From the NCBI GenBank assembly GCA_964473455.1, contig CAYYQX010000002.1, forward strand, positions 45,086 through 109,085: a DNA stretch of 64,000 nucleotides. The letters are read 5' to 3'. A model generated the notes under the pieces. The model saw only the letters and a list, made by a program, of their open reading frames with translations. It was not told the origin of the DNA and searched no databases. Positions 36,803-46,018 of the stretch are shown in pieces (positions within the stretch are counted from its first letter, which is position 1; each line of letters begins with the position of its first letter). The position numbers were made by a program, and so were the translations under genes. Origin of the DNA: an uncultured Muribaculaceae bacterium (GTDB lineage Bacteria; Bacillota_I; Bacilli_A; RF39; UBA660).

Positions 36803-36814
36803 ATTTTATCACAA
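36803..36814 (-). promoter_or_regulatory. extended -10 promoter (minus-strand TGTGATAAAAT) of the regulator gene
   Basis: Lies about 17 nt upstream of the GGAGGG RBS and start at 36786. TGTCAA direct repeats immediately upstream (36815-36830) may be an operator. Confidence 0.4.
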
Positions 36815-36851
36815 TAGTGTCAATTGTCAAGTGTAAAGTAAAAGTAAACAA

Positions 36852-36883
36852 AAGCTTTGAGATGTTTTATAAACTCAAAGCTT
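36852..36883 (-). terminator. hairpin terminator aagctttgag-N12-ctcaaagctt downstream of the 36907..37449 gene
   Basis: 10-bp perfect stem, with A-rich flank on the plus side and T-rich flank on the minus side. Confidence 0.5.
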
Positions 36884-36906
36884 ATTTTAATTTAAATAAA
36901 AATATT

Positions 36907-37449
36907 TTATTTGCCATTTTCTTGTATAAATAATCCATCACTTCTTGGAGATACTAATGTGTGTTTCATTGTATAAGAAATATCTTTTTCATAAAAAATT
37001 TGAAAAAAATCGCTGTCAAGCTCTTTCATAAAAGTTAAAAATTTTTCACAAATTTCAGAATCAGCATTACCAAAAGATACTATTAATTCAGCTATTGCGT
37101 TGTTGGAATCAGAATCGTATTTAGATTTATAATCTTTTTTAAGACTTTCCAAAAAGTCTATAGCAGCTGCTAAAATAATCCAAGAATTTTCTTTTATGAT
37201 TTTTTCTGTCGTGCTAGCTTTCGTATGGTTATATTGTGTGTGAAAAAATAAGTATCGCCAGCCGCTGCTGCCAGAGTATTCTTTTTTTGGAGTTAAAACT
37301 TTTTCAAAAATTTCTTTTGCGCTTTTTTCAATTTTTATATACTCTAAATATTCTGGCTTTTTTCTTAGGACACGTATTGTTTCTTCTATTGATAACTGGC
37401 TTAATAAGTTTATTACATCTTTGATCATTATATATGTACCCTCTTTCAA
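36907..37449 (-). CDS. hypothetical protein
   Basis: 180 aa. No motifs recognised. Has its own terminator. Confidence 0.4.
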   Translation of the reverse strand: MKEGTYIMIKDVINLLSQLSIEETIRVLRKKPEYLEYIKIEKSAKEIFEKVLTPKKEYSGSSGWRYLFFHTQYNHTKASTTEKIIKENSWIILAAAIDFLESLKKDYKSKYDSDSNNAIAELIVSFGNADSEICEKFLTFMKELDSDFFQIFYEKDISYTMKHTLVSPRSDGLFIQENGK

Positions 37450-37512
37450 TTAAATATTGATTTCTATTATAACCAAATTATTATAATATTGCAAGATTTT
37501 TTAATAATACAT

Positions 37513-38622
37513 TTATAAATACCAGAGTTTCTTGCCATTCATTCTAACTTCTTTTATTATTCCCCCACCAAGACACTCTTCACCTAAGTAAAAGACACAT
37601 GCTTGACCTGGAGTCACAGCTTTACTTTTTTCACTATATTTTACTATTATTTCATCATTTAAATATTGTAAATTAACTTTAACATCTTCTTGCCTATATC
37701 TAAATTTAGCCGTACATTCAAGTGGTTTTTCATCTGATAGCCAATTAATTGAAGTTATTAGTGCTTCATCAGAATATAAGTACTGTGTATTACCAAAAGT
37801 AGTATACAATATGTTTTTACTTACATCTTTGCCAACAACAAACAATCTATCATCATTACCACCAATATTAAGTCCTTTTCTTTGACCAATCGTATAATAC
37901 ATTAAACCATTATGAATTCCAATAACTTTATTTGTATCAATATCAACTATATCCCCTTTTTTACTTGGCAAATAATTTGCTAAAAACTTTTTAAAATTTC
38001 TTTCGCCAATAAAACAAATCCCCGTCGAATCTTTCTTATCAGCAGTTACTAATCCATATTTACTAGCAATTTTTCTAACTTCACTTTTGTTCAAATCCCC
38101 TACTGGAAATAGTATTTTTTTAAATACTTCCTTTTTAACTTGCGATAAAAAGTATGTTTGATCTTTGTTACTATCAACACCTCTCAGTAATTTGTTATCT
38201 ACTATTCTAGCATAATGACCCGTTGCGATATAGTCTGCCCCTAACCTTTCGGCTTCTTTAATGAAATAATCAAATTTTATATATTTATTGCACATAATAT
38301 CTGGATTTGGAGTTCTACCTTGTTTTAGTTCATCTAAAAAATAAGTAAAAACATATTCCCAATATTCTTTGATAAAGTCTACTCTGTGAAGGGGAATGTT
38401 TAATTTCTCACAAACTGCTAAAGCATCATTATAGTCTCTTTCCTGAGGGCAAATATTACTATTTAATGTAGGGTTACCTAACACATCATTGTTTAAAGAA
38501 CTATCCCAATTACGCATAAAAAGGCCTATTACATTATAGCCCTTCTCTTTTAGTAAGATAGCAGTAACACTACTGTCTACTCCTCCACTCATTCCAACTA
38601 CTACTGTTTTCATATTTATCAC
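37513..38622 (-). CDS. mnmA: tRNA-specific 2-thiouridylase MnmA
   Basis: 369 aa. PP-loop VVVGMSGGVDSSV and MnmA-specific blocks (DKKDSTGICFIGE, RYRQ). Confidence 0.9.
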   Translation of the reverse strand: MINMKTVVVGMSGGVDSSVTAILLKEKGYNVIGLFMRNWDSSLNNDVLGNPTLNSNICPQERDYNDALAVCEKLNIPLHRVDFIKEYWEYVFTYFLDELKQGRTPNPDIMCNKYIKFDYFIKEAERLGADYIATGHYARIVDNKLLRGVDSNKDQTYFLSQVKKEVFKKILFPVGDLNKSEVRKIASKYGLVTADKKDSTGICFIGERNFKKFLANYLPSKKGDIVDIDTNKVIGIHNGLMYYTIGQRKGLNIGGNDDRLFVVGKDVSKNILYTTFGNTQYLYSDEALITSINWLSDEKPLECTAKFRYRQEDVKVNLQYLNDEIIVKYSEKSKAVTPGQACVFYLGEECLGGGIIKEVRMNGKKLWYL

Positions 38623-39035
38623 TTTCTATATGCATTATCAAAGATTTGAACGTTATCTTTTACAACTTTTTGTTGAAAATTGACCTTATAGCCCTCTTCA
38701 TCAGTAATCTCTTTTGTTGCCCAAACAACAGTTGGCCTTATTCTATCATATAATTCATCTACTTCACCATCAAAAGTCATATATGGTTCTTCTCCCATAA
38801 ATGTTGATAGAACTTTTGTTAGTTCAATTAAAAACTTACGACTTGTTTTGTTATCAGAAGTATCTATTTCTAGTTCCCCAAATTTGCTTTGATACCTAAT
38901 TCTTATTAAAGATCCGTTAATAAAACATGAGAATTTTTCATAAATGTTTTCCTCATCAATATATTCTGATCTGTATCCTAGATTAGATAATACTAAATTT
39001 GGAAATTTTTCTCTTAAAAACTCAAGTATGCTCAT
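38619..39035 (-). CDS. hypothetical protein (co-operonic with mnmA and xseB by overlapping stops and starts)
   Basis: 138 aa. No motifs recognised. Confidence 0.4.
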   Translation of the reverse strand: MSILEFLREKFPNLVLSNLGYRSEYIDEENIYEKFSCFINGSLIRIRYQSKFGELEIDTSDNKTSRKFLIELTKVLSTFMGEEPYMTFDGEVDELYDRIRPTVVWATKEITDEEGYKVNFQQKVVKDNVQIFDNAYRK

Positions 39036-39253
39036 TTTTCCTCTATTTCAAAATCCTTTAAGCCATTTTCTGTTGCAATTTTACTAACTTGTTCTTCGAT
39101 TGTTTTTAATTTTTTATCACAAAGTTTAACTAACTCCATTGCTTTAGTATATTTTGTAATTGAATCTTCTAAATCAATCTCGCCATTTTCAAGATCATTA
39201 ATAATTTCTTCTAACTCTTTAATATTCTCTTCAAACTTCTTTTCTTTAGTCAT
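39032..39253 (-). CDS. xseB: exodeoxyribonuclease VII small subunit
   Basis: 73 aa coiled-coil protein with motif EENIKELEEIINDLENGEIDLEDSI. Lies immediately downstream of xseA. Confidence 0.75.
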   Translation of the reverse strand: MTKEKKFEENIKELEEIINDLENGEIDLEDSITKYTKAMELVKLCDKKLKTIEEQVSKIATENGLKDFEIEEK

Positions 39254-40518
39254 TTTTCCTCCTTTTTAGTAACTGTTGCCAGTAAATTACCTTTATTAAA
39301 CTTTATTCTTATTTCATCATTTATTTTAACATTTGTAATATTTTTAATTATTCTATCACCTACATAAGTTAAAGTGTAGCCTCGTTTTAATATTGAAAGT
39401 GGATTTAAAAGTTCTAATTTATCAATTATATTATCCAGTTCTTTTATGTTATCAACATACAAGCTATTAGGATTTTTTAAAATATAATTGTTTTTTATAT
39501 TATTAAATCTATCTTGAGTTTTAGAAAACTTAAATTTTATTAAATTATTTATTTTTTCTCTTTTTATGTCTAATTCTTGTTTTTTGTTTTCATACATTAT
39601 TAAAGGATTTTTAATAACAAAGGAATTTTTAATTGAATCTAAGTAAAGTTTATTGTAATTTACTTTTTTATATATATTTTCGTTTAATCTTATTTTATAT
39701 TGATTAAGCATTTTTGTAACGTCAATTATATTTGGTACTATCATTTCGGCAGCTCCTGTTGGCGTTGGAGCACGAAGATCAGCCACATAATCAGCAATTG
39801 TAAAATCAATTTCATGTCCTACAGCGCTTACAATAGGTATTTTACTATCAAAGATAGCTCTCGCTACTATTTCTTCGTTAAATGGCCAAAGGTCTTCAAT
39901 AGAACCTCCACCTCTACCCAAAATTATTACATCAAGTTCATAAGTATTAGCAAGTTGAATGTTTTTAACAATGTCGTCTTTAGCATTCTCTCCTTGCACT
40001 AAACTTGGAAATAAAATAGTTTGTGTAATAGGAAATCTTCTTTGAATTGTTGAAATTATATCTTTGATAGCTGCCCCAGTAGGTGCGGTTATTATACCTA
40101 CTCTACTTGGTATTTTGGGAATTGGTTTTTTATATTTTGCATCAAATAAGCCTTCTTTTGAAAGTTTTTCTTTTAGCTTTTCAAAAGCAATATATAAGTT
40201 ACCTACTCCATCTTCAATCATTTCTTCAACATATATTTGATAATTTCCTGTTGCTTCATAAATAGATATTCTACCAGCCACTAAAACATTAGTACCTTCT
40301 TTTGCCTCAAATAAAAGCTTTTTTGCACTGCTGCTAAACATAATAGCATTAATTTTACTTGTTTCATCTTTCAAAGAAAAATACATATGACCACTTGAAT
40401 GATACTTTAAATTAGAAATTTCTCCTTTTAAAAAAACTTGTCTAAGGTTTTCATCATTATCAAATTTGTGTTTTAAATATTTAGTCAAAGCACTTATTGT
40501 TAAATATTTTTCTTCCAT
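39250..40518 (-). CDS. xseA: exodeoxyribonuclease VII large subunit
   Basis: 422 aa. N-terminal OB-fold region (LKGEISNLKYHSSGHMYFSLKDE) and catalytic core (IILGRGGGSIEDLWPFNEE). Confidence 0.85.
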   Translation of the reverse strand: MEEKYLTISALTKYLKHKFDNDENLRQVFLKGEISNLKYHSSGHMYFSLKDETSKINAIMFSSSAKKLLFEAKEGTNVLVAGRISIYEATGNYQIYVEEMIEDGVGNLYIAFEKLKEKLSKEGLFDAKYKKPIPKIPSRVGIITAPTGAAIKDIISTIQRRFPITQTILFPSLVQGENAKDDIVKNIQLANTYELDVIILGRGGGSIEDLWPFNEEIVARAIFDSKIPIVSAVGHEIDFTIADYVADLRAPTPTGAAEMIVPNIIDVTKMLNQYKIRLNENIYKKVNYNKLYLDSIKNSFVIKNPLIMYENKKQELDIKREKINNLIKFKFSKTQDRFNNIKNNYILKNPNSLYVDNIKELDNIIDKLELLNPLSILKRGYTLTYVGDRIIKNITNVKINDEIRIKFNKGNLLATVTKKEEK

Positions 40519-40928
40519 TATTTATCCTTATATATCTTATCTAAAGTAGCATTAACCATTTTTACTATTTTATCATCGCTGTATTTTTTAGCCAGTTCGA
40601 TTGCTTCATTAATTGAAACTATCTCTGGAGTATCTGTATATAATAGTTCATAAGTGCCTAGTCTTAATATAGCTATGTCAGTAAGCCCTAGCCTACTTAA
40701 TTTCCACTCTATTAAGTGTGTGTTTATAACTTTATCTATCTCTTTTTCATAAGTTGTAATCCCATATACACAGTTTTTAACAAACTCATTATCTATTTCA
40801 ATATTGTTTTTTATTAACTCATCTATATCATATTCTATCTTATTTTTTTTATATAGTTCAATTTGATATAGAATTGTCATTATTTTTTCTCTTAGTTCAC
40901 TTCTGTTAATTTTTATCATAATATTCAC
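40518..40928 (-). CDS. nusB: transcription antitermination factor NusB
   Basis: 136 aa. All-helical with RSELREKIMTILYQIEL, and lies upstream of xseA as in Bacillus. Confidence 0.7.
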   Translation of the reverse strand: MNIMIKINRSELREKIMTILYQIELYKKNKIEYDIDELIKNNIEIDNEFVKNCVYGITTYEKEIDKVINTHLIEWKLSRLGLTDIAILRLGTYELLYTDTPEIVSINEAIELAKKYSDDKIVKMVNATLDKIYKDK

Positions 40929-40970
40929 CTACTTAATTTTAACATAATTAAAAAAAATAGTATATATATA

Positions 40971-41729
40971 CTATTCTCTGTCGGATGTTTTTTCTCTTAC
41001 AAATTTTTTTCTTTTTTCGTGTTTGCTTTTTTCAGCTTCTTTGTTAATTCTTTGAATTCTTTGAATTATTTCACCAAAAGATACCCCGTGACCAAACACA
41101 AATTTATCTCCCGAATAACAATCAAATAATGCTGATTCTATTATTTCTCCATATTCATTAATTACACAAACTACTTTACCATAAACTTCATTTTCTTCAG
41201 ATAAACACATATTAATAACTGCCGTAGCTCTTTTTTCCTTTGTTCCATCTTTAAGTTCTACTTCTGTAAAAGCGCCAATTTCGCTAAGTCTTTCTGAAAT
41301 ATACTCGTCTAATAGAACATTGTATAAAACTGAAACACCATCTCCTATAAATACGTTAGTCGTGTTGTTTACTTTTATACATTCAGAAAAGTTCAATGGT
41401 TTTATAAAAAAAATTTCTTCTTTTCCTTCAACTTTTTTTATTTTTCTATGTATGCTTTCTTTCATGAAAACATTTCCACCATCTGGAGTGGCATATTTAC
41501 TTTCAAAAAAATTACCTTCAGCAAAAAGTTGAATATCAGTATACCATTGTTGGAACGGATATATTGTTTCAAATTTTTCGTTAACTATTCCTATAATATT
41601 ATCGCCGTAAAAATCATATTCTGTTTCATAAGGTATTGTGCAGACTGCGTAACCATCAACAAAAGTGAGGCTACTTTTCTCTATTTTAAATGTTTCTCCA
41701 TCATACTCAACAACAAATACTTCTTTCAT
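40971..41729 (-). CDS. hypothetical protein
   Basis: 252 aa. No motifs recognised. An AT-only hairpin (atagtatatatatactat) follows its stop. Confidence 0.4.
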   Translation of the reverse strand: MKEVFVVEYDGETFKIEKSSLTFVDGYAVCTIPYETEYDFYGDNIIGIVNEKFETIYPFQQWYTDIQLFAEGNFFESKYATPDGGNVFMKESIHRKIKKVEGKEEIFFIKPLNFSECIKVNNTTNVFIGDGVSVLYNVLLDEYISERLSEIGAFTEVELKDGTKEKRATAVINMCLSEENEVYGKVVCVINEYGEIIESALFDCYSGDKFVFGHGVSFGEIIQRIQRINKEAEKSKHEKRKKFVREKTSDRE

Positions 41730-41798
41730 TTTTTCTCCTTTTTGCCATTTATTATAGTTAATATTTTATATTAAGTCAAACAAAAATCACTATTTTTA

Positions 41799-42035
41799 TT
41801 ATAGTTTCTTTTTCTCTAACCTCTTTTGTGCTTGATCAACTAATAATCTTGAAATGAATTTATAATGTCCTGTTTGAATAAAAAATAAAATTTCTGATAT
41901 TTGGTAAGCATTAATATATAGAAAATCATTGTATTTATTCATTTTAAGTAATATTTCTCTTAATTGTTTATAAATTAAATAGTTTGCTTTTTCTTGATCA
42001 GTTAATGAATATCCTGTTGTTTTCTTGTCAGCCAT
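41799..42035 (-). CDS. hypothetical small protein
   Basis: 78 aa. Preceded by an AAAAGGGG RBS and a TGTGATAAAAT-type extended -10 (plus strand 42066-42077). Confidence 0.35.
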   Translation of the reverse strand: MADKKTTGYSLTDQEKANYLIYKQLREILLKMNKYNDFLYINAYQISEILFFIQTGHYKFISRLLVDQAQKRLEKKKL

Positions 42036-42252
42036 TTTATGCCCCTTTTCAAAATCTATTTATTATTTTATCACAATTAAAAAAAATAGTATATTAAATA
42101 CTATCTTGATTTAGAGCCGAAAAATTCTTTTATTCTTCTACCTAGTTCTTGAAAAAGCCCTAAAGTTTTTTCTCCGTTTGATAAATAAGTTAGTCCTTCT
42201 TTTCTTGCTTCTTCGTCCAATGGTTTACTTGCTGATTTTTGTTCTTCCATTT

Positions 42253-42669
42253 TTATTTCTCCTTCCTTATTTTAGTATTGTTTTTTATATACTTTTCAGC
42301 ATTTCCTTCATATATGGCAACAATAATCCATATATTTAAGTATATAAACATAACTGTAAATAATGTCCAACCTATTATTGGAACAATCAATAAAAGCAAC
42401 CATATAAAGGGTGACATATAATATTCACTGCCTTTAACATTTAACCTTTTTGCTGTTTCACATATTATTTGAATATAAAATATCCCTGCCATAATAAATA
42501 CTGGAAAAATAAATATAATTGCTCCAATAATCCAATTCTTTGGTTTCGCATACCAAGCCTTTTTATCAAAAACATCTACCATAGCTCCTAGAACAATATT
42601 GCTCGTTCCATTAGTAAAAATAAGTAACAATAACCAAATCCAATAGTTCTCTTTTTTCAATAAATTCAT
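42253..42669 (-). CDS. small membrane protein, translationally coupled to mutS
   Basis: 138 aa with 3-4 TM helices. Its start overlaps the mutS stop by 4 nt. Confidence 0.4.
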   Translation of the reverse strand: MNLLKKENYWIWLLLLIFTNGTSNIVLGAMVDVFDKKAWYAKPKNWIIGAIIFIFPVFIMAGIFYIQIICETAKRLNVKGSEYYMSPFIWLLLLIVPIIGWTLFTVMFIYLNIWIIVAIYEGNAEKYIKNNTKIRKEK

Positions 42670-45200
42670 TTTATCTTCTCCTTCAATTTATATAATATAT
42701 TTAGGGCTTCTAAAGGGGTTACATTTAAAATGTCTAATTCTTTTATCTCTTCTTCAATAGCTGATGCGATTTCAACAACTAAAGGAAGTTCTGCTTGAAC
42801 TACTCTTTCTCTTTTTTGTTCTGTTTCTTCATATACTTTAAGTATACTATCAGCTCTTTTTAATAATTCTTTTGGCATGCCAGCAAGAGACGCTACATGG
42901 ATTCCATAACTTTTACTTGCACTCCCCTTTTTTATTTTGTGCAGGAAAGTAATGTTGCCATTTTCTTCAATTGTACTAACATGAATATTTTTTAAATGAT
43001 TTAAAGAGTTATCTAAATCTGTTAATTCGTGATAATGAGTTGAAAATAAGGTTTTACACTTTATTTCATTATGAATGTATTCAATAATTGATTGCGCAAT
43101 AGCCATCCCATCAAAAGTTGAAGTTCCTCTTCCTAATTCATCAAACAAAATTAAACTATTTTCTGTAGCATTAGTTAGAGCTTCATTTGCTTCAATCATT
43201 TCAACCATAAAAGTTGATTCTCCGCTTACTAAATCATCTGCAGCTCCAATTCTTGTGTATATAGCGTCAAACACAGGTAATATTGCTTCCTTAGCAGGCA
43301 CAAAACAGCCTATTTGAGCCATAATAACGGTTATAGCCAGTTGACGTATATAAGTAGATTTACCGGCCATATTTGGGCCTGTTATGATGTTAATATACGT
43401 ATCTTCATCTAACATGATATCATTTGGAGTAAATATGTTATTTACTTTTTCAACAACAGGATGTCTACTATCAACTAAATATATATTTCTTTCTTTTTTA
43501 ATAGTTGGTCTAACATACTTGTTTTCATTAGAAACAATTGAAAAAGATAATAAGACATCAATCTCTGCAAGAATATTGGCGGTTTCTTGTAATTTTGGAA
43601 TGTATTTTTTTATTTCATCTTTTACTTTAATAAATAAATCATATTCTAAATTAACAATCTTTTCTTCGGCGTTTAATATTAAGTCTTCTTTCTCTTTCAA
43701 AATTTTACTAATATATCTCTCACAATTACTTAATGTTTGGCGTCTTTCATACCCATATTCTTCTTTTACATCTTTTACTTGGCCTTTAGATATTTCAATA
43801 TAATATCCAAATACTCTGTTATAGCCAACTTTAAGAGTTTTTATTCCTGTTCTTATTCGTTCTTCTTTTTCAAAAGTGGCGATAAAGTTTTTGCCACCTT
43901 TTCTTATTTCTTTTAATTCATCTAATTCTTTATCAAACCCTGTTTTTATTAAATATCCTTCTTTAATAGAAATTGGAGCATCTTCATATATACTAACTTC
44001 AAGTAGGTCAAATAACTTATTAAATGTTTCAATATTCTTGTAACTTAATTGTTTTAAGATTTCATTTATATCTGGTAAGAACTTAAGAGAGTTTTTTAAT
44101 TGAATAAGATCTCTTGCATTAGCGCTTCCAAACGCAATTTTTCCGACCAATCTTTCAATGTCATAAACATTATAAAGGTGTTCTCCAAGCTCACTTGCCA
44201 TCATAAATTCATTGGAAAGTATTTCAACGGTGTCGTATCTATCGTTTATTTTTTTGATATCAGTTAATGGTTCTTCAATATATCTTTTTAGTAGTCTACT
44301 TCCCATCGCTGTTTTTGTTTTATCAAGTAACCAAATAAGCGAATAAGTGCGATCTTTATGTCTGATTGTTTCAGTTAATTCAAGATTATTTTTTGTATGC
44401 ATATTCATCTTTAAATAGTTATTGTTTTCTTTTACTATTACTTCTTGAAGATGATTTAAACTTCTTTTTTGAGTATCAATTATGTAAGAAATTAGTAATT
44501 TAATTGTTTCAATGTGCCTTATATCTTCTATTTTATTAAATAAATGTTCATAGCTTTTTATATCTAAAATATTATCGTATATTGAAATTGTAGTGTTGTA
44601 TTGTTTTTTTAAATAAGAAGTTATCTCTTTATCAAAGCTTGATTTTACAATTATTTCTTTGATACTTTTTTTAGCTATTTCATTTACTAAATCTGTTTTT
44701 TTATGATTAACAAACATAGTATAGATATTTCCTGTTGTAATGTCACTGTAGCATAGGCAATATAAGTGCTTAAAATCTATTATTGCACCAATATAATTGT
44801 TCTCTTTTTCATTTAAGCTTTCATTTAAAATAGTTCCTTTACTAACTATTTGAATTAGTTCTCTTTTTACTATTCCCTTAGCAAGCTTAGGATCTTCCAT
44901 TTGTTCACAAATACCAACTTTATAGCCTTTGTCAATTAGTTTTTGTAAGTAAACATTAATAGCGTGATGGGGAACACCACACATAGGAATACGAGTCTGT
45001 AGTCCTGCACTTTTGCCTGTTAAGGTTAGTTCTAGTTCTCTACTAGCTATTTCGGCATCTTCAAAAAACATTTCATAAAAATCCCCTAGCCTATAAAAAA
45101 GTATTATATCTGGATTTTCATTTTTTATTTTGATGTATTCCTTCATCATTGGAGTAACATCATCTATATTTACACTATCTAATTTCATATTAGTCACCAC
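42666..45200 (-). CDS. mutS: DNA mismatch repair protein MutS
   Basis: 844 aa. N-terminal mismatch-binding motif (TPMMKEYIKIK...GDFYEMFFEDA), Walker A GPNMAGKST and Walker B LILFDELGRGTST. Confidence 0.9.
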   Translation of the reverse strand: MVTNMKLDSVNIDDVTPMMKEYIKIKNENPDIILFYRLGDFYEMFFEDAEIASRELELTLTGKSAGLQTRIPMCGVPHHAINVYLQKLIDKGYKVGICEQMEDPKLAKGIVKRELIQIVSKGTILNESLNEKENNYIGAIIDFKHLYCLCYSDITTGNIYTMFVNHKKTDLVNEIAKKSIKEIIVKSSFDKEITSYLKKQYNTTISIYDNILDIKSYEHLFNKIEDIRHIETIKLLISYIIDTQKRSLNHLQEVIVKENNNYLKMNMHTKNNLELTETIRHKDRTYSLIWLLDKTKTAMGSRLLKRYIEEPLTDIKKINDRYDTVEILSNEFMMASELGEHLYNVYDIERLVGKIAFGSANARDLIQLKNSLKFLPDINEILKQLSYKNIETFNKLFDLLEVSIYEDAPISIKEGYLIKTGFDKELDELKEIRKGGKNFIATFEKEERIRTGIKTLKVGYNRVFGYYIEISKGQVKDVKEEYGYERRQTLSNCERYISKILKEKEDLILNAEEKIVNLEYDLFIKVKDEIKKYIPKLQETANILAEIDVLLSFSIVSNENKYVRPTIKKERNIYLVDSRHPVVEKVNNIFTPNDIMLDEDTYINIITGPNMAGKSTYIRQLAITVIMAQIGCFVPAKEAILPVFDAIYTRIGAADDLVSGESTFMVEMIEANEALTNATENSLILFDELGRGTSTFDGMAIAQSIIEYIHNEIKCKTLFSTHYHELTDLDNSLNHLKNIHVSTIEENGNITFLHKIKKGSASKSYGIHVASLAGMPKELLKRADSILKVYEETEQKRERVVQAELPLVVEIASAIEEEIKELDILNVTPLEALNILYKLKEKIK

Positions 45201-45256
45201 TAATAATTATTATACAATAAATGAAGAATTTAATAAACACAAAAAAAGAATTAGAT

Positions 45257-45982
45257 CTAATTCTTTTTACCTTTTTGTTCCCTCTTTTTTACAAGTCTTC
45301 TTGCTTGCCCGTTTTTATAAAGCTCAGAACTTTCTTTGCGCAAAAGAAATACGTTTGCTGCTGTTCCCCAAATTATTGTTTTAATGAATAACATAGCTTT
45401 ATCTGTGTCTTCATCAAATTGTGATTTACCAACTATAATATAGTCATTTTTATCACTTTCATATATTTGGGCAGTCATAAGTGGTTCTTCAAGTTGTTGC
45501 GTTTCACCATAAGGCATAAAATACGTCTTGGGATCACCAATTTTTTCTTGGCAAGCTGAAAAATCATTTTCACTTATAGCGTATTTTACATATTCTATAG
45601 CCTCTTCTTCAAAGTAATATTTATCAATTCTACCTTCATAATTACCTTCTGACACTTCATAGGTTGGATAACAATAATATAATGTTCCCCAATTCCTTGC
45701 CATTCTTTCATCAACATATGTAGACTCAGTAGACTCTAGTTGATTATTCTCATCTGTTGTAATATATGAAGTCGTTCTTTGAACTTGTTTTCTATAATCG
45801 TTAGCCAAAGGATTCATTTCTACAAACGTGAGAATGGCAGATACAATGCCACCGGTTACTAAATACATGGCTGTTCCAGCTGCAATAATTTTTTTTAATA
45901 ACTTTCTATTTTTAATTTGAAGTTCTGATATTCCTTTTTTTTGCATAAAATAACCCCTTTTCATTGGCATGTATACTATCAC
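45257..45982 (-). CDS. hypothetical membrane-anchored protein
   Basis: 241 aa with one TM helix near the N-terminus. Confidence 0.35.
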   Translation of the reverse strand: MIVYMPMKRGYFMQKKGISELQIKNRKLLKKIIAAGTAMYLVTGGIVSAILTFVEMNPLANDYRKQVQRTTSYITTDENNQLESTESTYVDERMARNWGTLYYCYPTYEVSEGNYEGRIDKYYFEEEAIEYVKYAISENDFSACQEKIGDPKTYFMPYGETQQLEEPLMTAQIYESDKNDYIIVGKSQFDEDTDKAMLFIKTIIWGTAANVFLLRKESSELYKNGQARRLVKKREQKGKKN

Positions 45983-46018
45983 TTTAAAAAAGAAAAGTCA
46001 ATTTTATTATAAATTGAA

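Noticed and set aside
42666-45200. Expectation of mutL directly downstream of mutS
   Set aside because: The next gene on the strand is a 138-aa membrane protein. mutL is simply not in this window. This is not evidence of loss.
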